Assembly: GCF_000027125.1 (NCBI RefSeq)
Contig: NC_017626.1
Length of the DNA stretch: 64,000 nucleotides
DNA from: Escherichia coli 042
Lineage (GTDB): Bacteria > Pseudomonadota > Gammaproteobacteria > Enterobacterales > Enterobacteriaceae
Direction: 5' to 3' (one strand)
Part shown: piece after piece, positions 58,218-64,000 of the stretch
Position numbering within the stretch: position 1 is the first letter of the stretch
How the letters are laid out: each line of letters opens with the position of its first letter
Made by a program: the position numbers and the translations under genes
Notes under the pieces: generated by a model
What the model saw: the letters and a program-made list of their open reading frames with translations, nothing else
Database searches by the model: none
Told to the model about the DNA's origin: nothing

Positions 58218-59264
58218 TTAACGTCCTGCTTTCAGCTTCTGATAATACTCTTCATAAATGCTGCTGGCTGCGCCAACGTCATTCTGCCATTCACCATTTT
58301 TAATGGTTTCAGCATCCGGGTAGAGCGTTTTATCGTTCGCCACTTCCGGACTTAACAGCTTACGCGCCGCAAGGTTTGGCGTTGGATAACCGATAGTTTC
58401 AGCAACCTGTTTTGCCACATCCGGGCGCAGCAGGAAGTTGATCAATTTCAGTGCGCCTTCTTTGTTTTTGGCATTTGCCGGGATCGCCAGGCTGTCCATC
58501 CAGAAAATGCCGCCTTCTTTCGGCCACACCACATCAATTGGCGTACCCGCCTGGCGTGCAACGAAAGCAGAACCGTTCCAGATCATGCCGAGGTTAACTT
58601 CGCCTTCCATATACGGGTTCGCCGGGTTATCGGAGTTAAACGCCGCGACGTTTGGCATCAGTTTTTTCAGCTCGTTGTATGCAGCTTCAATCTCTTTCGG
58701 ATCGGTAGTGTTACCGGAGTAGCCCAGTTTGCGCAGCGCCATCTGGAACACTTCACGGGCATCGTCGGTCAGCAGCAGGCTGCCTTTGTACTCAGGCTTC
58801 CACAGATCGGCCCAGCTGGTAACGGATTTGGGATCCACCGCATCACCATTAACACCAATCGCCGTCGCACCCCAGATATACGGAATGGAGTAGTCGTTAT
58901 TCGGGTCAAACGGCTTATTGAGCATGTCTGGATCGAGGTTGCTGAAATTGCTTAACTTCGACTTGTCGATCTTCTGGATCATCCCTTCTTTACGCATTTT
59001 ATCGACGTAATAGGTTGAAGGAACCACCAGGTCATAGGCACCGTCTTTGTACGTTTTCAGCTTCGCGTACATGGTTTCGTTCGACTCGTAAGTCGAATAG
59101 ATAACCTTAATACCGGTTTCTTTGGTGAACTGTTCAAGCAGTCCTGGCGGCACGTACTCGGTCCAGTTGTAGAAATACAGCGTGTTGTTGTCATCGGCGT
59201 GAGCGGCGCTCATGCCCAGTGCCAGAGCACCCGCCGCGAGCAGGTGGCGTGACCATTTTTTCAT
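58218..59264 (-). CDS. potD: Spermidine/putrescine ABC transporter periplasmic binding protein PotD
   Basis: 348-aa ORF with signal peptide, recognised PotD. Confidence 0.93.
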   Translation of the reverse strand: MKKWSRHLLAAGALALGMSAAHADDNNTLYFYNWTEYVPPGLLEQFTKETGIKVIYSTYESNETMYAKLKTYKDGAYDLVVPSTYYVDKMRKEGMIQKIDKSKLSNFSNLDPDMLNKPFDPNNDYSIPYIWGATAIGVNGDAVDPKSVTSWADLWKPEYKGSLLLTDDAREVFQMALRKLGYSGNTTDPKEIEAAYNELKKLMPNVAAFNSDNPANPYMEGEVNLGMIWNGSAFVARQAGTPIDVVWPKEGGIFWMDSLAIPANAKNKEGALKLINFLLRPDVAKQVAETIGYPTPNLAARKLLSPEVANDKTLYPDAETIKNGEWQNDVGAASSIYEEYYQKLKAGR

Positions 59265-60055
59265 TTAACGTCCCCTGTGTTACCTTTCGTTTTATCACGA
59301 GCAATAAGCTGGCTGACAATTACCATCACCAGCGACAGCACCAGTAATATGGTTGCCAGAGCGTTAACTTCCGGCGATACGCCGACTTTAACCATCGAAT
59401 AAATTTTTAATGGCAGAATTTCATAACTTGGTCCGGTGACGAACGAAGAAACCACCACATCGTCCATCGACAGGGTAAAGCTTAACACCCAGCCCGCCGC
59501 CACCGCAGGCATTGCCAGTGGCAGAATGATTTTTCGCAGAATGGTAAATTCGCTGGCACCGAGATCTTTCGCCGCTTCCAGCATCCGCACGTCAAAACCT
59601 TTCAGGCGCGAATACACTGTCACCACCACAAATGGCAGGCAGAAGGTGATATGCGAGAACAGCAGCGACCAGAAGCCAAGCTGAATACCCAGCAGCATAA
59701 ACAGCACCAGCAGAGAAATCGCCATCACAATATCTGGCGACATCATCACCACAAACAGCATTCCGCTAACGAACGGCTTACCGCGAAAGCGATAACGGTA
59801 CAGCGCAACTGCAGTCAGTGAACCGATAAGCGTAGCAAACGTCGCTGAAAACACCGCCATCGTCAATGAATGCTGAGCTGCCTGCAACAGACTGTCGTTG
59901 TTCATCAGCAGGCTATACCATTTAGTGGTAAAACCCTGCCAGTTGATGCCAAAGCGCGAGCTGTTAAAGGAGTTCACAATCAAAATAATGATTGGGATAT
60001 ACAGGTACGCGTAGATAGCGGTCATAAAACCGCCGCGAAGCAGTCGACCGATCAT
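59261..60055 (-). CDS. potC: Spermidine/putrescine ABC transporter permease PotC
   Basis: 264-aa ORF; 4-nt overlaps with potD and potB. Confidence 0.93.
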   Translation of the reverse strand: MIGRLLRGGFMTAIYAYLYIPIIILIVNSFNSSRFGINWQGFTTKWYSLLMNNDSLLQAAQHSLTMAVFSATFATLIGSLTAVALYRYRFRGKPFVSGMLFVVMMSPDIVMAISLLVLFMLLGIQLGFWSLLFSHITFCLPFVVVTVYSRLKGFDVRMLEAAKDLGASEFTILRKIILPLAMPAVAAGWVLSFTLSMDDVVVSSFVTGPSYEILPLKIYSMVKVGVSPEVNALATILLVLSLVMVIVSQLIARDKTKGNTGDVK

Positions 60056-60879
60056 TCGAGTTCCACCTTCTTATTCAGCAAACGAGAAGCGCGCCAGTAA
60101 ACCAGCAACATCAGGCCCATTACGATAGTCAGCGTAATGCTGGTGGCTGCACCAAACGGCCAGTCACGAATATTGAGGAACTGTACTTTGATGACGTTAC
60201 CGATCAGCAGGTTTTTCGCACCGCCCATCAGGTCGGACACATAGAACAGGCCCATCGCTGGCAGCATCACCAACAGGCATCCGGCAATAATTCCTGGCAT
60301 CGTCAGTGGAATAATGATGCGGATAAAAGTCTGTAACTTGCTGGCACCGAGATCGCGCGCCGCCTCAAGCAACGGCTTATCCAGTTTTTCGATACTGGAG
60401 TACAGCGGCATCACCATAAACGGCAGCAGAATGTAAACCAGACCGATAATCACCGCACTGGGTGTGAACATGATGCGAATTGGTGTATCGATAACGCCCA
60501 GCCAGAGCAAAAACTCGTTGAGATAGCCTTTGGTGCTGAGGAAAATTTTCAGCCCGTAGATACGAATCAATGAGTTGGTCCAGAACGGAACAATCAGCAG
60601 AAACAGCAGCAGCGGACGCACCTTGTGTGGCAGCTTCGCCAGAAACCAGGCAAAAGGATAGCCCAGCACCAGGCAGGCGAGGGTGGCGATCAGCGCCATA
60701 TTCAGCGAGTGCAATAGCACTTCAAAATAGAGCGGATCAAGCAGACGCGTGTAGTTATCCAGCGTAAAGACCATTTTGACGAAACTGGCGTCGTCGCGGG
60801 TCAAAAAGCTGGTGCCAATGATCATCAGGTTGGGCAGAAAGACAAACAACACAAGCCAACCGACAATAGTGACAATCAC
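60052..60879 (-). CDS. potB: Spermidine/putrescine ABC transporter permease PotB
   Basis: GTG at 60879 gives the 275-aa form (M)IVTIVGWLVLFVFLP, chosen from the remembered length; an upstream ATG at 60909 would give 285 aa. Confidence 0.85.
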   Translation of the reverse strand: MIVTIVGWLVLFVFLPNLMIIGTSFLTRDDASFVKMVFTLDNYTRLLDPLYFEVLLHSLNMALIATLACLVLGYPFAWFLAKLPHKVRPLLLFLLIVPFWTNSLIRIYGLKIFLSTKGYLNEFLLWLGVIDTPIRIMFTPSAVIIGLVYILLPFMVMPLYSSIEKLDKPLLEAARDLGASKLQTFIRIIIPLTMPGIIAGCLLVMLPAMGLFYVSDLMGGAKNLLIGNVIKVQFLNIRDWPFGAATSITLTIVMGLMLLVYWRASRLLNKKVELE

Positions 60880-60892
60880 TACATTCTGGAAC

Positions 60893-62029
60893 TTACTTGT
60901 GTTCTTCATCAGCCAGTACGACCTCCCAGCTTTCTACCCAATTAATGGCCATTTTTTGGTCGAGAGAGTGGTCAAAGTCAGGATCGTCTTCATTGAAGAA
61001 TTCGCTGACCATCACCATCTTGCCATTTTCCAGTTCAACAACCGACTCCAGCGTCATGCCTTTGTAGTTACGCTCGCGAACGTAACCAATCAGCCCTTCA
61101 GCGTGGTTGTCGTCGTTAATCTCTTCAACACGTAAGTCTTCCGGGCGCAGCAGAACATGCAGTTTTTGCCCCGGTTCAACGGCGAAGTTAACGTAGATAT
61201 TACATTCGCGGCCTTCAACGTTGGCGCGTACGCGCTGCTCGTCTAGACGTTCGATGACAGTGGCGTTAAACATATTGATTTCGCCAATAAACCCAGCAAC
61301 AAACAGGTTTTTCGGCTCTTCATAGATTTCACGCGGCGTGCCGTCTTGCTCAATGCGACCATCGCGCATCACCACAATCCTGTCCGACATGGTGAGTGCT
61401 TCTTCCTGGTCGTGAGTCACGAAGACGAATGTAATGCCAAGCTTACGCTGTAACGCTTTCAGCTCGTTCTGCATTTGCTTGCGCAGTTTGTAATCCAGCG
61501 CTGAGAGCGACTCATCCAGCAACAACAGACGAGGCTTGTTAACCACCGCGCGGGCAATGGCGACGCGTTGCTGTTGACCACCAGAGAGCTGATGCGGTTT
61601 GCGTTGAGCGAAGGTTTCCAGCTGCACCATCCGCAGGGCTTCCATCACGCGGGGCGTAATTTCAGCAGCGGGGGTTTTTTGCATGCGTAACCCAAAGGCC
61701 ACATTTTCGAACACGGTCATGTGGGGGAAAAGTGCGTAGCTTTGGAAAACAGTGTTCACATAGCGGTTTTCCGCCGGAACGTGGGTGATGTCCTCGTTAT
61801 CCAGCATGATGCGTCCGGAATCAACAGTTTCCAGACCTGCAATCAGGCGAAGAACGGTTGTTTTACCGCAGCCAGAAGGGCCAAGCAGCGTGAGGAACTC
61901 GCCATTGTTGATAGTCAGATCCAGCTGGGGAATGACCTCTTTACCATCAAAGCATTTGCGAATTCCCGCCAATTGCACCAGCGGTGAAAGCGAACTCGGT
62001 TGTTTATTCAATTTTTTACTCTGTCCCAT
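60893..62029 (-). CDS. potA: Spermidine/putrescine ABC transporter ATPase PotA
   Basis: 378-aa ORF with Walker [10 protein letters not shown] and signature LSGGQQQR. Confidence 0.95.
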
Positions 62030-62278
62030 GTAAACGCAACGGATGGCTTACCGATGCGGGGTTTGTGGTTAACCACCTTGGTGACTCTTAATGAGGGCGG
62101 TAATTCTACGGCAAACCGCTTGAATCGCCAATCTTTGTTGTGAATTACTGGCTTAGCTTTATATTCATTAAGGTAATGCTGATAAATATTCCCGCTTGCA
62201 GGGGTAAAAGTGACCTGACGCAATATTTGTCTTTTCTTGCTTCTTAATAATGTTGTCACAAAAAGTGAGGGTGACTAC

Positions 62279-63505
62279 ATGGATAAACTACTTGAGCGAT
62301 TTTTGAACTACGTGTCTCTGGATACCCAATCAAAGGCAGGGGTGAGACAGGTTCCCAGCACGGAAGGCCAATGGAAGTTATTGCATCTGCTGAAAGAGCA
62401 GCTCGAAGAGATGGGGCTTATCAATGTGACCTTAAGTGAGAAGGGCACTTTGATGGCGACGTTACCGGCTAACGTCCCTGGCGATATCCCGGCGATTGGC
62501 TTTATTTCTCATGTGGATACCTCACCGGATTGCAGCGGCAAAAATGTGAATCCGCAAATTGTTGAAAACTATCGCGGTGGCGATATTGCGCTGGGTATCG
62601 GCGATGAAGTTTTATCACCGGTTATGTTCCCGGTGCTGCATCAGCTACTGGGTCAGACGCTGATTACCACCGATGGTAAAACCTTGTTAGGTGCCGATGA
62701 CAAAGCAGGTATTGCAGAAATCATGACCGCGCTGGCGGTATTACAACAAAAAAACATTCCGCATGGTGATATTCGCGTCGCCTTTACCCCGGATGAAGAA
62801 GTGGGTAAAGGGGCGAAACATTTTGATGTTGACGCCTTCGATGCCCGCTGGGCTTACACCGTTGATGGTGGTGGCGTAGGCGAACTGGAGTTTGAAAACT
62901 TCAACGCCGCGTCGGTCAATATCAAAATTGTAGGCAATAACGTTCACCCAGGCACAGCGAAAGGTGTAATGGTGAATGCGCTGTCGCTGGCGGCACGTAT
63001 TCATGCGGAAGTTCCGGCGGATGAAAGCCCGGAAATGACAGAAGGCTATGAAGGTTTCTATCACCTGGCGAGCATGAAAGGCACCGTTGAACGGGCCGAT
63101 ATGCACTACATCATCCGTGATTTCGACCGTAAACAGTTTGAAGCGCGTAAACGTAAAATGATGGAGATCGCCAAAAAAGTGGGCAAAGGGTTACATCCTG
63201 ATTGCTACATTGAACTGGTGATTGAAGACAGTTACTACAATATGCGCGAGAAAGTGGTTGAGCATCCGCATATTCTCGATATCGCCCAGCAGGCGATGCG
63301 TGACTGCGATATTGAACCGGAACTGAAACCGATCCGCGGCGGTACCGACGGCGCGCAGTTGTCGTTTATGGGATTACCGTGCCCGAACCTGTTCACTGGC
63401 GGTTACAACTATCATGGTAAGCATGAGTTTGTGACTCTGGAAGGTATGGAAAAAGCGGTGCAGGTGATCGTCCGTATTGCCGAGTTGACGGCGCAACGGA
63501 AGTAA
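62279..63505 (+). CDS. pepT: Peptidase T (tripeptide aminopeptidase)
   Basis: ATG at 62279 gives 408 aa [18 protein letters not shown] (M20 family). Confidence 0.92.
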   Translation: MDKLLERFLNYVSLDTQSKAGVRQVPSTEGQWKLLHLLKEQLEEMGLINVTLSEKGTLMATLPANVPGDIPAIGFISHVDTSPDCSGKNVNPQIVENYRGGDIALGIGDEVLSPVMFPVLHQLLGQTLITTDGKTLLGADDKAGIAEIMTALAVLQQKNIPHGDIRVAFTPDEEVGKGAKHFDVDAFDARWAYTVDGGGVGELEFENFNAASVNIKIVGNNVHPGTAKGVMVNALSLAARIHAEVPADESPEMTEGYEGFYHLASMKGTVERADMHYIIRDFDRKQFEARKRKMMEIAKKVGKGLHPDCYIELVIEDSYYNMREKVVEHPHILDIAQQAMRDCDIEPELKPIRGGTDGAQLSFMGLPCPNLFTGGYNYHGKHEFVTLEGMEKAVQVIVRIAELTAQRK

Positions 63506-63513
63506 GCGAAAAG

Positions 63514-63538
63514 GGATGCGGCATGTGATGCCGCATCC
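63514..63538. terminator. Bidirectional hairpin between convergent pepT and roxA
   Basis: Perfect 11-bp stem GGATGCGGCAT / ATGCCGCATCC with 3-nt loop between two convergent stop codons. Confidence 0.5.
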
Positions 63539-63553
63539 GGCTTAACTTCAAAC

Positions 63554-64000
63554 TTACCCTTCGAAGAACCAATACCCGCTATTGACTAGTGCCGCAAGCA
63601 TCGCGAGAAATGACGGATCTTCCAGTGCATCACCAAAATTCTCCGCGGTCAGCGCAATGTTGCTGGCGAGCGCATCCAGTGCCGGACGGTGTGGGGAATC
63701 GATCTTCTCACCATTGGCATACACGTCGTCGCCAATGCGCAATACGCGCAGACCACCCAGGCGCACCAGCACATCACCTTGTTTCAGCGCATCGTAGATT
63801 TCATCCGGCTGATAAGGCGGCTCTGGCGGCGCGATATCCAGTTCATGACGTGACTGGGATATAAACTCGCCAAACCATTGCTTAAAGTGTTCCGGCTGGT
63901 TGATCAATTCGAGCATCATCTCACGCAGTTTATCCATCTCTTGCGGCAGTACGTCCGCAGGATGAGCGCGAGGTGGAACATCCGGATCGCTGTAGTAGTT
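63554..64000 (-). CDS. roxA: Ribosomal protein L16 Arg81 hydroxylase RoxA (YcfD), C-terminal part (5' end outside window)
   Basis: Minus-strand ORF running off the window end; C-terminal 127 aa (...DALKQGDVLVRLGGLRVLRIGDDVYANGEKID...WFFEG) recognised as YcfD. Confidence 0.75.
   Translation of the reverse strand, partial: NYYSDPDVPPRAHPADVLPQEMDKLREMMLELINQPEHFKQWFGEFISQSRHELDIAPPEPPYQPDEIYDALKQGDVLVRLGGLRVLRIGDDVYANGEKIDSPHRPALDALASNIALTAENFGDALEDPSFLAMLAALVNSGYWFFEG

Overview
This window is an Escherichia coli-type chromosomal segment, syntenic with the K-12 region from rimJ to roxA but not K-12 itself. It runs rimJ(partial)-yceH-yceM-murJ, flgNMA / flgBCDEFGHIJKL, rne, rluC, yceF, yceD-rpmF-plsX-fabHDG-acpP-fabF, pabC-mltG-tmk-holB-ycfH, ptsG, fhuE, hinT-ycfL-lpoB-thiK-nagZ-ycfP, ndh, ycfJ, comR, bhsA, ldtC, mfd, ycfT, lolCDE-nagK-cobB, ycfZ-ymfA, potDCBA, pepT, roxA(partial). 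Gene names are assigned from recognised protein sequences in the supplied six-frame track; no database search was run. Three things depart from the core layout: (1) a two-gene GNAT-acetyltransferase toxin / DUF1778 antitoxin module between flgL and rne, which is the best candidate for the accessory system in this window, though it belongs to an already described family (TacAT/ItaRT/AtaRT/KacAT) rather than a wholly new one; (2) a 1432-bp IS3-family element (IS1397-like) inserted into a REP element between rluC and yceF, with a 4-bp target duplication; (3) an in-frame TAA at codon 5 of fhuE, making it a probable pseudogene. No CRISPR array, tRNA, rRNA or prophage was seen. Start codons were refined against remembered protein N-termini and are less certain than the gene calls.
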